Counted from the stretch's first letter, positions 1-9,855 are shown. The stretch: 64,000 nucleotides of DNA from a bacterium (GCA_021796415.1 JAJYJC010000001.1:18742-82741); one strand, 5' to 3'. Numbers and translations: made by a program. Notes: generated by a model from the letters alone, not told the origin.

Positions 1-358
1 CGATGCCGCTTTCGATAACCCTTCCGACATCGTAGTTTTGGAGCACATAGCTAAGTCCGGAGACGTGGTCTGCATCCGGATGGGAAACAAAAACGAGATC
101 GATCTTTTTCCTGTAAAACGGCAGGTTTTTGCCAAGGCATTCCAAGACCTTCTTGTCCGGACCGCCGTCAACCAAAGCGCTTTTGCCGTCGGGGAATTCA
201 AGCAAAGCCGCATCCCCTTGCCCGACATCGCAAAAAATAACTTGAAGCGCATGGTGTTCCGGAGTAAAAACATTTACCCAGATAAATAAGAAAGCGACGC
301 TCAGCACAACGAGAACGGGAAAAGAAAATATCTTTTTTGCTTTGCCTTCAGTTTGCAA
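1..358 (-). CDS. ComEC/Rec2-type metallo-beta-lactamase domain protein (partial, runs off window start)
   Basis: Manual minus-strand translation (not in ORF track): LQTEGKAKKIFSFPVLVVLSVAFLFIWV...FCDVGQGDAALL...VDGGP...VSHPDADHVSGL; TTG start overlaps comEC end. Confidence 0.85.
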   Translation of the reverse strand, partial: MQTEGKAKKIFSFPVLVVLSVAFLFIWVNVFTPEHHALQVIFCDVGQGDAALLEFPDGKSALVDGGPDKKVLECLGKNLPFYRKKIDLVFVSHPDADHVSGLSYVLQNYDVGRVIESGI

Positions 359-1862
359 GGCGCCTCCTTCTCAGCCTTTTGATTATAAATATAAGCTCAA
401 GAACAATGATGTAGTAAATCACAGCGCTTAAAAAAGATATGCTGATCCCGCTTACAGCCGCAAACGGCAGGGAGGCAAAGAAGTGAATAGCCCAAATTAT
501 GGATTTCAAGGCAAAAAGTGCCGTCCACGAAAAGACGAGGCCAAACCCTTGCCAAACCATACCTATAACAACCGAGATAAATCCAAGCAGCATGACAAAC
601 GGAATGAAAGGAAGAATTACCAGATTGGCCGCAAATGACACCAGCGAGAAAGTGCCGAAGTAATAAATAATTAAAGGATAAGCCATCACTTGGGCTCCCG
701 CCGTCATGGCAAGCATATCTTTTATAAATTCATTTTTTATCTTCAAAACACTTTTGATGAGAGGCGCTAAATAAACGATGCCGATAAATGCGGCAAATGA
801 GAGCTGAAAACCCACATCGAAACGCAGAATAAACGGGTTTAAAATGACCATTATGGCAGCGCTTATGATAATCGCCATCGTCGCCGAAGATTGCCGGCCG
901 ATTCTATATGCAAGCATCATCATCGCCCCCATGACACCGGCCCTAACCACGGAAGACGAAGAACCCGTCATAATTACGAAAGCGATAATGGCGGCAAGAG
1001 GCATATAAAAACTGAGTTTTGCCGACTTTCGCTTAAATATCAGCCTCAAGCCCTCAATAATGACAGTGATATTGAATCCCGAAAGGGCGATTAAATGCGT
1101 GGTGCCGCTTTTTTGCAAGTCTTGAGTCAGCCAGTTTGGCAGATTCCTCTTTATGCCAAGGAGCAATCCGGCGAGAAATGAAGCCTCCGGTTCGGGAAAG
1201 GTGGAGTTAATGCTATTTTCGAATCGATTTCTGATGCCGTAAAGCGCGCCTTTTAGCCGCATCCATGCCGACATCTCACCCGGCGCGCTCTTTGCAATCA
1301 CGGGAAAAGCCATTTCATATGCTATCCCCTTAACCAATAAAGAATTTTTTTTATTATCAGCCGGTTTTTCTATATTTCCTTGAACCGTGACGTAATCGCC
1401 GTAATGAACATTTGTAAAAGGTTTTAGCACCAAGAGGATTTTCGCCTTCTTTCCATTGTCTGCAAGCACAGCTTGTACCGACTTGTCCGTTTGTTCCGGA
1501 GGCTCGGCTATCTGCCCCTCGATTTTTATATTTTCGCCTGTCGGATAGGTGATATTCTCAAAGCTCGCTTGATAGCTTTGAAATCTTAAAACGCCAAGGA
1601 AAAAGAAGGCGATAGCGATCATGGAAATCCAAAGCCACTTCTGCGGAATGAAAGAGATGCTCAAAATAAAAAAGATACCGAAAAGGGCGAAAAGGCTGAG
1701 ACTTGACACATCAAAATAAGGGGAAACAAGAATGCCAAGCATGATGGCACACAAAATAACCGCCGCAAAAACTGCTTTCATGTTTAGATTATGCTTAACA
1801 AGCATAAAATTTTCAATAACCAAATGCCAACGATCAATCAATTTGCAGATACTAAGCCTCAA
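348..1862 (-). CDS. comEC: ComEC/Rec2 competence membrane channel (true start probably 1806 or 1780)
   Basis: GTTHLIALSGFNI, SVVRAGVM, DVGFQLSF motifs; many TM segments. Confidence 0.92.
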   Translation of the reverse strand: MRLSICKLIDRWHLVIENFMLVKHNLNMKAVFAAVILCAIMLGILVSPYFDVSSLSLFALFGIFFILSISFIPQKWLWISMIAIAFFFLGVLRFQSYQASFENITYPTGENIKIEGQIAEPPEQTDKSVQAVLADNGKKAKILLVLKPFTNVHYGDYVTVQGNIEKPADNKKNSLLVKGIAYEMAFPVIAKSAPGEMSAWMRLKGALYGIRNRFENSINSTFPEPEASFLAGLLLGIKRNLPNWLTQDLQKSGTTHLIALSGFNITVIIEGLRLIFKRKSAKLSFYMPLAAIIAFVIMTGSSSSVVRAGVMGAMMMLAYRIGRQSSATMAIIISAAIMVILNPFILRFDVGFQLSFAAFIGIVYLAPLIKSVLKIKNEFIKDMLAMTAGAQVMAYPLIIYYFGTFSLVSFAANLVILPFIPFVMLLGFISVVIGMVWQGFGLVFSWTALFALKSIIWAIHFFASLPFAAVSGISISFLSAVIYYIIVLELIFIIKRLRRRRLAN

Positions 1863-1906
1863 ATTTTCATGACTTTCACATAGTGACTGTTTATGCTTAA
1901 TGCATT

Positions 1907-2028
1907 GTCATTCCCGCGCAGGCGGGAATCCATTCAAGATAAGGGGCTCCTCTACTTTCCACTAATGTAGTGACGGCCCGCCTGCCTGTCCGTCCGGCAG
2001 GCGGGCCGGACGGACAGGTCGGAATGAC
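1907..2028. repeat. REP doublet with nested 21-bp elements
   Basis: GTCATTCCCGCGCAGGCGGGAATCCA at 1907-1932; inverted partner ends ...TCGGAATGAC at 2028. Confidence 0.9.
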
Positions 2029-2058
2029 AAAATGGGATTTGTGTCGTACAATAATACT

Positions 2059-3006
2059 ATGGCCAGCGTAAATGACCTTGTCAGCGACTTTTTGGAATAT
2101 TGCGAGATAGAGAAAAATCACTCGGATCTGACGATTCGAAACTACGAACACTATCTCGGCAGGTTTTTGGATTTTGCCGAAAAAAACAGAAGTACCGATC
2201 TGCGCCCCGAACAAATCACTCTGGATATGGTGCGAAAATACCGCCTGCACTTAAACAGGCTGACAAATGGTATGGGGCAGCATCTGGCGAAAATCACCCA
2301 AAACTATCATATAATCGCACTTCGCGCCTTCCTGAAATATCTGGCTAAAAGAGACATTAAGTCATTATCGGCTGAGAAGCTGGAACTTGGCGACGCAAAT
2401 AGAAAGCAAGTTGAGTTTCTGGAAATAACCGAGGTGCAGGATCTTCTCTCGGCGCCCGAAAAATATCCGTCAAAAAAAGAGATTATTACTCTTCGCGATG
2501 CGGCAATTTTTGAGACCCTTTTCTCAACCGGCCTTCGCATCAGCGAGCTGGTCGGTTTAAACCGCGAGCAAATTAATCTGGAAAGGGGCGAGTTTAATGT
2601 CAGGGGCAAAGGCGGCAAAAACAGAGTTGTTTTTCTATCAGACCAAGCGTCAAAAAAAATTAAGGAGTATCTAGCCAAGAGAGCTGACAATGCCAAGCCT
2701 CTTTTTATACATTATTCGGGAGTGAAAGAAGATTTGGATGACGGCGAATACATGCGCCTCACTCCAAGGAGCATCCAGAGAATTGTTTCCCGTTATGCGC
2801 ATCTTTGCGGCATCACGAAAAAAGTGACGCCGCATATGCTTCGCCACTCTTTTGCCACCGATTTATTAATAAACGGCGCCGACATCAGAAGCGTCCAAGC
2901 AATGCTCGGCCATGCTTCCATCACCACAACCCAGATTTATACCCACTTAACTAATACTCGACTCCGCGAAGTCCACAAAAATTTTCACAATAAAAAGAAA
3001 AACTGA
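2059..3006 (+). CDS. xerC: XerC/XerD-family tyrosine recombinase
   Basis: TGLRISEL, GKGGK, TPHMLRHSFAT, LGHASITTTQIY; start placed at MASVNDL. Confidence 0.88.
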   Translation: MASVNDLVSDFLEYCEIEKNHSDLTIRNYEHYLGRFLDFAEKNRSTDLRPEQITLDMVRKYRLHLNRLTNGMGQHLAKITQNYHIIALRAFLKYLAKRDIKSLSAEKLELGDANRKQVEFLEITEVQDLLSAPEKYPSKKEIITLRDAAIFETLFSTGLRISELVGLNREQINLERGEFNVRGKGGKNRVVFLSDQASKKIKEYLAKRADNAKPLFIHYSGVKEDLDDGEYMRLTPRSIQRIVSRYAHLCGITKKVTPHMLRHSFATDLLINGADIRSVQAMLGHASITTTQIYTHLTNTRLREVHKNFHNKKKN

Positions 3007-3007
3007 T

Positions 3008-3039
3008 GCACTTGCCAAGGGACTTCCCTAGGCAAGTGC
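3008..3039. repeat. TTGCCAAGGG-N4/5-CCCTTGGCAAG palindrome, copy 1
   Basis: GCACTTGCCAAGGG-ACTT-CCCTAGGCAAGTGC; relatives at 7612, 9230, 60486. Confidence 0.75.
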
Positions 3040-3086
3040 TTTTGAACTTTAAAATCTCAGTGTGAGAGAGAAGATTATTGAAGGTT

Positions 3087-3180
3087 CTCGGCCACGCCTC
3101 CATCATTATAATCTAAATCTACACCCATCTGACCAATAAGCAGGTTTCGTGAAGTTCACAAAAGTTTCTATAACAAAGGC
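3087..3180 (+). pseudogene. Decayed duplicate of the xer recombinase C-terminus
   Basis: Reads LGHASIIII*IYTHLTNKQV/REVHKSFYNK vs intact LGHASITTTQIYTHLTNTRLREVHKNFHNK. Confidence 0.85.
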
Positions 3181-3270
3181 AATAGAACTTAGATTTCCAA
3201 ATTAGTTTCCTTTTGAAAACCATCCCATTCTTATTTGATGTCCTGTGATTTTGCGATGAACTTTAAGTTG

Positions 3271-4308
3271 TTATTGTTGCCACCTAAGAAATAGACCAAC
3301 ATTCTCTATGAGCGTATCAGTGCCACTAGTCATTGTGAGTTGGCCAGCTCCACCACGGTCTATAGAAGATGATTGTGGGTAAAAAGCATAATTCGGTGTT
3401 ATTGCAGGAGAATTGTCTAATGTTACAACACCTATGCATGTTCCATTTCCATTATCGTCAACAACTTTCAGGGAAGTCGTGCTTCCCGGCCTATATGTAA
3501 GGATAAATTGGAAAGGGCCTGTTCCGGTGCTGGTATCAATGTAAGTTGATGGTAGTGCCGGAGGCAAAGCACTGCCAAGAGCCATTTGCTCCAGATAAAT
3601 TTTTTTATCTTCTATATCTAGGCCGATTGCATTATTATTGCTATCACCTTCAGCTAAACCGGTTTGGAAACTGCCGCTTACGGGATTTATGTAACCGCTG
3701 AAAGTGTAGGCCGAGGCACCGGGGGGCAGATAAAATCCGATGCCTTGATAATCCTTAGATAAATTAATAAATTGATTGCTGTAACCTGGAACATTAGTTA
3801 GAGCCACATTATTATCGTTAAAAGATATTGAATTACCCTGAGTTAATGGGATGTCGCTCTGGCTGCCTTCTATCCTGCGGGCGATATCACCCGCCTCTCC
3901 CTGGCTGTAATAACAATACACATATTCTCCGAGTCTAGTTGTGGAGCAATTACGCGAGGGATCCCAAGGCAGAGGCTGAGAGTCAGTGCCACCAACTTTA
4001 CCTACTTTAAACACCTGAAAATCGTAGGTTGCAGAAGACGTAGAGTCTACGGGATTATTAGATTTTTTACCTGCTGTATCTATGCTGTTTGCAATATAAT
4101 TATTGACCCTTTCCATACCTGCTTCTGCAGCCATATACGCCTGAGTGGAACTATCAATCTCACTTGATTGCCTGATCTCGGTAATAATGACCGCCGTCAC
4201 CGCGCTAACGCACAAAAAGTACAGGCCTATGGCAAGCATTGTCCATAAAAGCACCGTGCCTTTTTGATTTTTCATGACCTTATTGTTTATCATTTTAAGC
4301 TTTCTCAT
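3271..4308 (-). CDS. PilX-like minor pilin
   Basis: QKG-TVLLWTML hydrophobic N-terminus, QAYMAAEAGME motif; in pilus cluster. Confidence 0.75.
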   Translation of the reverse strand: MRKLKMINNKVMKNQKGTVLLWTMLAIGLYFLCVSAVTAVIITEIRQSSEIDSSTQAYMAAEAGMERVNNYIANSIDTAGKKSNNPVDSTSSATYDFQVFKVGKVGGTDSQPLPWDPSRNCSTTRLGEYVYCYYSQGEAGDIARRIEGSQSDIPLTQGNSISFNDNNVALTNVPGYSNQFINLSKDYQGIGFYLPPGASAYTFSGYINPVSGSFQTGLAEGDSNNNAIGLDIEDKKIYLEQMALGSALPPALPSTYIDTSTGTGPFQFILTYRPGSTTSLKVVDDNGNGTCIGVVTLDNSPAITPNYAFYPQSSSIDRGGAGQLTMTSGTDTLIENVGLFLRWQQ

Positions 4309-4360
4309 ATTTTACTCCGCCTTTCATGCAACATCACACTATCTTCATACTTTGTCCGGC

Positions 4361-4410
4361 TGGATTCCCGCCGGAGTTTATGCTGAACTCTGATTCAGTG
4401 CGGGAATGAC
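4361..4410. repeat. Composite REP
   Basis: TGGATTCCCGCCGGAGTTTA[TGCTGAACTCTGATTCAGT]GCGGGAATGAC. Confidence 0.8.
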
Positions 4411-4441
4411 AGTGTGAATGGTTTTTAACATTTTACATCCC

Positions 4442-4987
4442 TTAAAGCTCATTGTGCATTATCAGATAATCTTCAAAGTCCATTTTCTCACCCGTGCCGG
4501 CTGAAGTTTCCCCGTTTGGAAGATTTGTTTCTTCTATTTGCATCTGATATTTCAAGGTTTTCGGATAAGTTGCTACAACTCCGCGAGAGACATTAAAACT
4601 GTCGACTTTTACTTGGTCTGTTGTCAAATTGTACGCACCTGAATCCATTTTCAGTTGGTTGCTTTGGCATTCGAAATTTATGGTTGTGCTATCCATCATG
4701 GTTAAGCTTAGCGTATCACCGGTCGAGCAAAGGTCATCTCCTGTCGATAAATTTCCAGAGCCTGTAACACTTACAGCTTTAGCTTCTCTGGTGATTCTTG
4801 AGAAGGTTTCCGAGGCAAATCTGCCTTCATCCAGCATATTGGAGGTCTGCCGGTACTGCGACTGAAGCTTTTGGATGGTTATAAAAAATCCGACAGTCAA
4901 GGTTAGAACTAGAGTAAAAAGCGCCATACTGACAACCAGTTCGACAAGAGTCATCCCCTTGTTATTTAATTTAAATATCTTCATCAT
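4442..4987 (-). CDS. Minor pilin (PilW/PulJ-like)
   Basis: KGMTLVELVV type IV N-methyl motif. Confidence 0.85.
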   Translation of the reverse strand: MMKIFKLNNKGMTLVELVVSMALFTLVLTLTVGFFITIQKLQSQYRQTSNMLDEGRFASETFSRITREAKAVSVTGSGNLSTGDDLCSTGDTLSLTMMDSTTINFECQSNQLKMDSGAYNLTTDQVKVDSFNVSRGVVATYPKTLKYQMQIEETNLPNGETSAGTGEKMDFEDYLIMHNEL

Positions 4988-5547
4988 TGTTTTGACATTA
5001 TGGTTGATACGCTTGTGGTAACATCACTGTTCGGACCGGTGACCGTGACCGTGATGTAATAATATCGGTCAGTACAATCATAGTCATTCGGGCTTATCGG
5101 GGTTTGGCCGCAATCAGAGCCTGTTTGAAAATTAGAGCCAGTGATAATAGGGTCGGAACTCAGAAGACTGCTTAAATTTTGAATGGTTATATTTCGCGAG
5201 AAATTGTCGAAATTTGAAATTTTGTTCGGAGTGCCGGTAGTCTGAATGGTTTCGTCGTTCGTGGATTCAGTGTCTCCTTTGATAACAAAATTTGTAGTCC
5301 CAGAAGCAACGCTAGAGCTAATCGATGAAAAGCTGCAACCGATATCGCGCTGATGCCTGGCTATTTCAATCCCTTCTTCCGCCAAAGTATTGGCTTTGGT
5401 GATGTCTGATGAGTTGTAAACCAGATTTTTAGTGGCAACGGTCAGGCTCATCATAGCTGCCAAGGATATGCCAATAATCCCAAAGGCAACGACAGTTTCG
5501 ACAAGTGTTTGTCCTTTTTTGCTCTTTACTATGAAAAATTTCTTCAT
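4984..5547 (-). CDS. Minor pilin (PilV-like)
   Basis: KGQTLVETVV; LAEEGIE motif. Confidence 0.8.
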   Translation of the reverse strand: MKKFFIVKSKKGQTLVETVVAFGIIGISLAAMMSLTVATKNLVYNSSDITKANTLAEEGIEIARHQRDIGCSFSSISSSVASGTTNFVIKGDTESTNDETIQTTGTPNKISNFDNFSRNITIQNLSSLLSSDPIITGSNFQTGSDCGQTPISPNDYDCTDRYYYITVTVTGPNSDVTTSVSTIMSKQ

Positions 5548-6215
5548 TATTTCAACTCCGCACTGCCCGCCGGGCTTATTACAACTTGGTGCGACGAACC
5601 GCCGTTCGGATCAGCGAATGTAATAGTAACTTGGCCTAAATTAAGCGAATTGGTCGGACTCCAAATCTGAGTAGACTGATCTTTGCTCCAATCGCTTGGT
5701 GAAGACATTGCGTAAAATTTACCATATGGACTTGTGAAAAAAAGGTAAAGAGTACCAGAGATTCCATCCGATGCATTACTTGCTGTTACCTTAAGATTCT
5801 GTTTGAAGTTAACGGACGTAGAAGGATCGAGTGGCGTGGTAGTGCCTTGCGTTGGCGTTGAAGCGCCGGTGTCACAAAATGGAGTAACGCTAAGGGGTGC
5901 CGGTGTGGCGGAAGTGTCGATAGACGTCCCAAGCTGGAGTTTAATCATCTTTATAACTGTTGATCTGCCATCACAAACACCTCCGGGATCGCTAATTTTC
6001 TTGGTCGAAACCGCATCCACAAATGCCTGGCGCATCTGTGTCTGGAAGGTATTTGCCACATAATTGATGTAGTTTTCCTGCCTGGCAACCGTAAATCCGC
6101 TAAAGACCAAAATCATCAGAAAAGAAAGGATACCCATCACCACAACCATTTCAACCAGGGTAAATCCGTCCCGAGATGATATTCTTTTACTTAATCTTGA
6201 AACCCTCCGTAACAT
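5547..6215 (-). CDS. Minor pilin (FimT-like)
   Basis: DGFTLVEMVV; ATG 6215 preferred over TTG 6233. Confidence 0.8.
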   Translation of the reverse strand: MLRRVSRLSKRISSRDGFTLVEMVVVMGILSFLMILVFSGFTVARQENYINYVANTFQTQMRQAFVDAVSTKKISDPGGVCDGRSTVIKMIKLQLGTSIDTSATPAPLSVTPFCDTGASTPTQGTTTPLDPSTSVNFKQNLKVTASNASDGISGTLYLFFTSPYGKFYAMSSPSDWSKDQSTQIWSPTNSLNLGQVTITFADPNGGSSHQVVISPAGSAELK

Positions 6216-6235
6216 AATAAAAACCTTTATCAATT

Positions 6236-6641
6236 TGTCATTCCCGCGCAGGCGGGAATCCAGTCAGTCAATGTTATCATATAAATCTTTCCATTTGGGA
6301 TTAAAATCTTCTATAAGTTTCATCTTCCATTGTCTGTTCCACTTCTTGATTTGTTTTTCTCTTTTGATAGCCTCTTCAATGCTATTTGTTTCTTTAAAGT
6401 AAACAAGATTGTGGCATTTGTATTTTTTGGTAAAGCCTTCGATTAAATCATTTTTATGTTCATATGCTCTTTTCTTTAAATCTTTGGTAACTCCCGTGTA
6501 GAGCGTTCCGTTTCTGTCGCTGGCCATGATGTAGACATAGTAGGATTTCATTAATAATTATTTTAACTCAACTTTATACTTTATTTAAGCCTCACGGTTC
6601 TTGCTTAGCTTGACTGGATTCCCGCCTGCGCGGGAATGACA
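6236..6641. mobile_element. REP-GIY-YIG-REP unit, copy 1
   Basis: 31-bp inverted ends TGTCATTCCCGCGCAGGCGGGAATCCAGTCA; matches 10615-11020 except one base. Confidence 0.85.
6264..6551 (-). CDS. GIY-YIG endonuclease (UPF0213/YhbQ-like)
   Basis: YYVYIM...LYTGVT...R.YEH...AIKREKQIK...NP. Confidence 0.92.
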   Translation of the reverse strand: MKSYYVYIMASDRNGTLYTGVTKDLKKRAYEHKNDLIEGFTKKYKCHNLVYFKETNSIEEAIKREKQIKKWNRQWKMKLIEDFNPKWKDLYDNID

Positions 6642-6664
6642 GAGATGAGAATAAATCATTTTCC

Positions 6665-7564
6665 TTATAAAAACATTCTACCATAAACAGCAAGAATTTG
6701 GACAAGAAAGAAAAAGCTTATAAAGGTTCCTGTCACCAGAAACGGCCCAAAAGGAATCTTTGACCCTAATTTTTTCTGGCCGCTAACTAAACTGATAGCA
6801 CCAAAAACTGCCCCCAAGATAAATCCAGCGTACAAGGCGACAATTATTCCCGGCCAGCCCAAAACAAGCCCCATAAAAGCAACAAGCTTAATGTCGCCAC
6901 CCCCCATCCATTTGCCTCCGGAAATCATCGCCAGAATATAGAAAAACCCTCCTGCGACAAGACCTGAGAGTAGATGGTCAATTAAATACTGATAATGGCC
7001 AAGCAGTGCAGTATTAACTCCCACAAATACAAGCCCCAAAACCAAAAGGGTATAAATAATTTCATTTGGAATGATCTGATGCTTTAAATCATAGACAAAA
7101 ATAGCAGCTAACCCGGCAGCAAAAACAAGCCAAAAGAGGAGGTTGAAAATACCCAACATTGACTGGATTCCCGCCTGCGCGGGAATGACAGAGGAAGGAG
7201 CGGGAATGACAGTGAGAGTAGAAGCAGAAAAATGAATAAAGAAACTACCTGCCTGCCCGGAATCCAATCCGGCACCTGATAAAAAATGAGGTCCGATGGC
7301 AGCAAACAAAAACCCCGTCGCCAGCTCCACTAACGGATATTGATCCGAGATATTTGCTTTGCAATATCTGCATTTTCCGCCCAAAACCAGCCAAGAGACC
7401 ACCGGAAAGAGATCATACCACTTAATTTCTTTTTTACATTTGGGGCAAAATGATCTGCCTCCCAAACCTCTGCCAATTTCCAAACGATAAATCAAAGCAT
7501 TCAAAAAACTGCCAATGATAAGGCCAGCTAGAAAAAATAAAGTCAAAACGATATAAAGATGCAT
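6665..7564 (-). CDS. pilD: Prepilin peptidase A24 with in-frame REP insertion
   Basis: GSFLN, CPKC..CRYC, YDLK..IP, MGGGDIKL, IPFGPFL; insert [16 protein letters not shown]. Confidence 0.92.
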   Translation of the reverse strand: MHLYIVLTLFFLAGLIIGSFLNALIYRLEIGRGLGGRSFCPKCKKEIKWYDLFPVVSWLVLGGKCRYCKANISDQYPLVELATGFLFAAIGPHFLSGAGLDSGQAGSFFIHFSASTLTVIPAPSSVIPAQAGIQSMLGIFNLLFWLVFAAGLAAIFVYDLKHQIIPNEIIYTLLVLGLVFVGVNTALLGHYQYLIDHLLSGLVAGGFFYILAMISGGKWMGGGDIKLVAFMGLVLGWPGIIVALYAGFILGAVFGAISLVSGQKKLGSKIPFGPFLVTGTFISFFFLVQILAVYGRMFL

Positions 7565-7611
7565 GAGAATATTATAAGTACTAAAAACCCAAAATACAAA
7601 AGGGAATTTCA

Positions 7612-7638
7612 CTTGCCAAGGGACGGACCCTTGGCAAG
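7612..7638. repeat. TTGCCAAGGG palindrome, copy 2
   Basis: CTTGCCAAGGG-ACGGA-CCCTTGGCAAG. Confidence 0.75.
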
Positions 7639-7639
7639 C

Positions 7640-8419
7640 TTAGCCGCCTAACTTTTGCAAGATATAATCCTTGAATCCCGTAACTCGCTCTATGTCGCTT
7701 GGATTCATCAGAAAAGGCTGCACATCTTTAGCAAGAGCATCAAAATCAAGCGTCTCAACCTTCGAAAAAAGCTGTTTCTTGATTTGCTTCTCGGAATATC
7801 CATGGGCTTTCTCCAGAAAAACATAGTCCGGCTCTGTTTTGCCCAATAAATAAGAAACATCATAAAAATCACGTCCCTTCTCTCGCTTTCTTTCCATGAT
7901 TGCAATAAGTTTCTGAGCCAAAATAACCGAGATGCTGTTCACTAATATTTTCCTGTAAACATCAAAGTTATTTAAAATATAAATTTCCGGCTTCACAAGC
8001 TCGCGCTTCAGCGTCGCATCAATCCGCACCAGAATCTTCTCCCCTTTCTGGCCGGATATACCATGTTTAAACAGTAAATCGGGAAACTTTATATAGCAAT
8101 GATATGCTTCTTTTTCTACGAAACGAAACTCTATCTCAAAGCCTTTAAGCTCCATCGTCTTTGCAGTTTTGTCAAGAAGTGTTTTGAAACCGTCGAAAGT
8201 AAGGCCAAAGTTGTCAAAGTCCAAATCCTCGGAAAAGCGCGAGCTGCCATACACTATTCTGATAGCTGTCCCTCCGATAAAGCTTAGCTTTTCGCTCTCA
8301 TTTTGCTGAAAAATGGAATCCAAAAGTTCATACTGCAGGTATTCGACCAAAGCAGCTTTTGGATTTTTTCCAAACACATCGCCTGGAAAATTCGTTTTAA
8401 TTTGCTCCATCGTTAGCAT
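7640..8419 (-). CDS. abiEii: AbiEii-family nucleotidyltransferase toxin (type IV TA)
   Basis: FIGGTAIR..YGSSRFSEDLDF, KGRDFYD. Confidence 0.88.
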   Translation of the reverse strand: MLTMEQIKTNFPGDVFGKNPKAALVEYLQYELLDSIFQQNESEKLSFIGGTAIRIVYGSSRFSEDLDFDNFGLTFDGFKTLLDKTAKTMELKGFEIEFRFVEKEAYHCYIKFPDLLFKHGISGQKGEKILVRIDATLKRELVKPEIYILNNFDVYRKILVNSISVILAQKLIAIMERKREKGRDFYDVSYLLGKTEPDYVFLEKAHGYSEKQIKKQLFSKVETLDFDALAKDVQPFLMNPSDIERVTGFKDYILQKLGG

Positions 8420-9022
8420 TTATTTCTCCACCGTAATCTTTAAAATACGATCTAACTTTTTGCTGTTAAAAACTTCTGCGTACTGCATCAGTTTTTCTTT
8501 ATCGACAGCCTCACCCATGGAAAACCGGTTCAGCCTCAGCTCTTCTATATCTGCCTCGTCATGCAACTTGGCAAGATTCAAATACAAATAGTCTAAAAGC
8601 GCTTTTTCAGGTTCGGCCAAAAGATACATACCCTTGCCGTCATCTACTTTTTTGTATCCAAAAAACAAATCCTTTTTGAGATGACGATAGGCGAATAAGC
8701 CTATATCGTTTTTGAAAGTTCTAGTTGTCTTTGATGTGACAGATGTCACATTATAAACCATCTCGGGGATGATACCGTAGTGCGACAGAGCCCATTCAAG
8801 GCTGATATAGCTTGGTTGATAGATTGTAAAAGCAACGCTTTCATTACTAACTAAATCTTTTCTTGCAGTAAAAAGATATATGCCGTTTTTCAACTTGATC
8901 AACAACTCTTCATCCCTCCACAAAGACAGTTGATATGGGTAGACCCTAAGGCCTGTTTTTCTAATGTCTGCAAGAGAGAAGATTGGCTCTTTGATCTGTC
9001 GATTCATCTCGTTATATTTCAT
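8420..9022 (-). CDS. abiEi: AbiEi-like antitoxin / transcriptional regulator
   Basis: KLKNGIY, PSYISLEWALSHYGIIPE, EPEKALLD; directly upstream of abiEii. Confidence 0.85.
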   Translation of the reverse strand: MKYNEMNRQIKEPIFSLADIRKTGLRVYPYQLSLWRDEELLIKLKNGIYLFTARKDLVSNESVAFTIYQPSYISLEWALSHYGIIPEMVYNVTSVTSKTTRTFKNDIGLFAYRHLKKDLFFGYKKVDDGKGMYLLAEPEKALLDYLYLNLAKLHDEADIEELRLNRFSMGEAVDKEKLMQYAEVFNSKKLDRILKITVEK

Positions 9023-9062
9023 TTTATTATCACTTTCAATAATAAACTGAAACAATATTAAA

Positions 9063-9179
9063 TTAAAAGTTAGCTTGTGTCAAGAATTTTTTGCCTTCAA
9101 AACGGCAGGTGAGAACATTCAAAAAACTGCCGGCAGTAAGACCGAGAAAGAAAAGAAACAAAATCAAAAAGATCAGCAT
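9063..9179 (-). pseudogene. Truncated second pilD 5' end (38 aa)
   Basis: MLIFLILFLFFLGLTAGSFLNVLTCRFEGKKFLTQANF* aligns to intact PilD N-terminus (FFLAGLIIGSFLNALIYRLE). Confidence 0.85.
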
Positions 9180-9229
9180 AAATATATTATACATTAAACC
9201 CGGGAGGACAATTTTTTTCATTCACCCAT

Positions 9230-9263
9230 TTGCCAAGGGGCAGCCCTTTGCCAAGCTTGGCAA
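9230..9263. repeat. TTGCCAAGGG palindrome, copy 3 (degenerate)
   Basis: TTGCCAAGGGGCAGCCCTTTGCCAAGCTTGGCAA. Confidence 0.65.
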
Positions 9264-9327
9264 AAAATGACAAAAATAACATACACAAAATCAGCTTAAT
9301 GAGAGAGTTATCCCCTACATTCCTCTA

Positions 9328-9855
9328 TCACTCTTGATGGAAAATATCGCCAGCCGGAATAATACTAGTGTTAAAATTACATTTACATGTATCAGCAACA
9401 GTGCATACCCCTGTTGCTAAAAGTTTTGCCGCCGTTTCTTCCGTCACAACCCAAAGCCTATATTCGTTCGGTACCGAATACATATGCACATAACAAATAG
9501 TTCCACCGTTTTGAGCCTGGTTTGTAGGAGGGTGAGACGGATCTGGTAAATATTTATTTAGAGATTCACCGTTTTGTAACATGACATAAGCCTGCCTATC
9601 ATTGTTACTACCGGAAACCCCTTGATCAACACCAGGCGGCATACTCTGATTATCACCATAATATTTTTCTATATAAGTTTCTATACTTTTAGCGTCGTTT
9701 CTAAGCTGCGTATCTCTTGCTTGCTGCCTGGCAATAGCAATGGCCCCAATTATCAACGCGGCCAAAACAGCAATAATGGCCATTACTACAACCAATTCAA
9801 TAAGTGTAAAACCTTTTTTTGTACGAAGATTGACTCGCTTTTTAATATTTCCCAT
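9328..9855 (-). CDS. Type IV pilin
   Basis: KGFTLIELVVVMAIIAVLAA; start uncertain (9855 or 9882). Confidence 0.88.
   Translation of the reverse strand: MGNIKKRVNLRTKKGFTLIELVVVMAIIAVLAALIIGAIAIARQQARDTQLRNDAKSIETYIEKYYGDNQSMPPGVDQGVSGSNNDRQAYVMLQNGESLNKYLPDPSHPPTNQAQNGGTICYVHMYSVPNEYRLWVVTEETAAKLLATGVCTVADTCKCNFNTSIIPAGDIFHQE

Noticed and set aside
38-289. Plus-strand 83-aa ORF
   Set aside because: Antisense shadow of the ComEC MBL-domain gene.
1897-2250. ORF ending in WIPACAGMT and similar REP-containing short ORFs
   Set aside because: Spurious frames reading through REPs, antisense to real genes.
2059-3006. Integron integrase or prophage integrase
   Set aside because: Looks like a plain Xer-type protein without the IntI-specific insertion; no attC array or phage genes seen; no dif site recognised.
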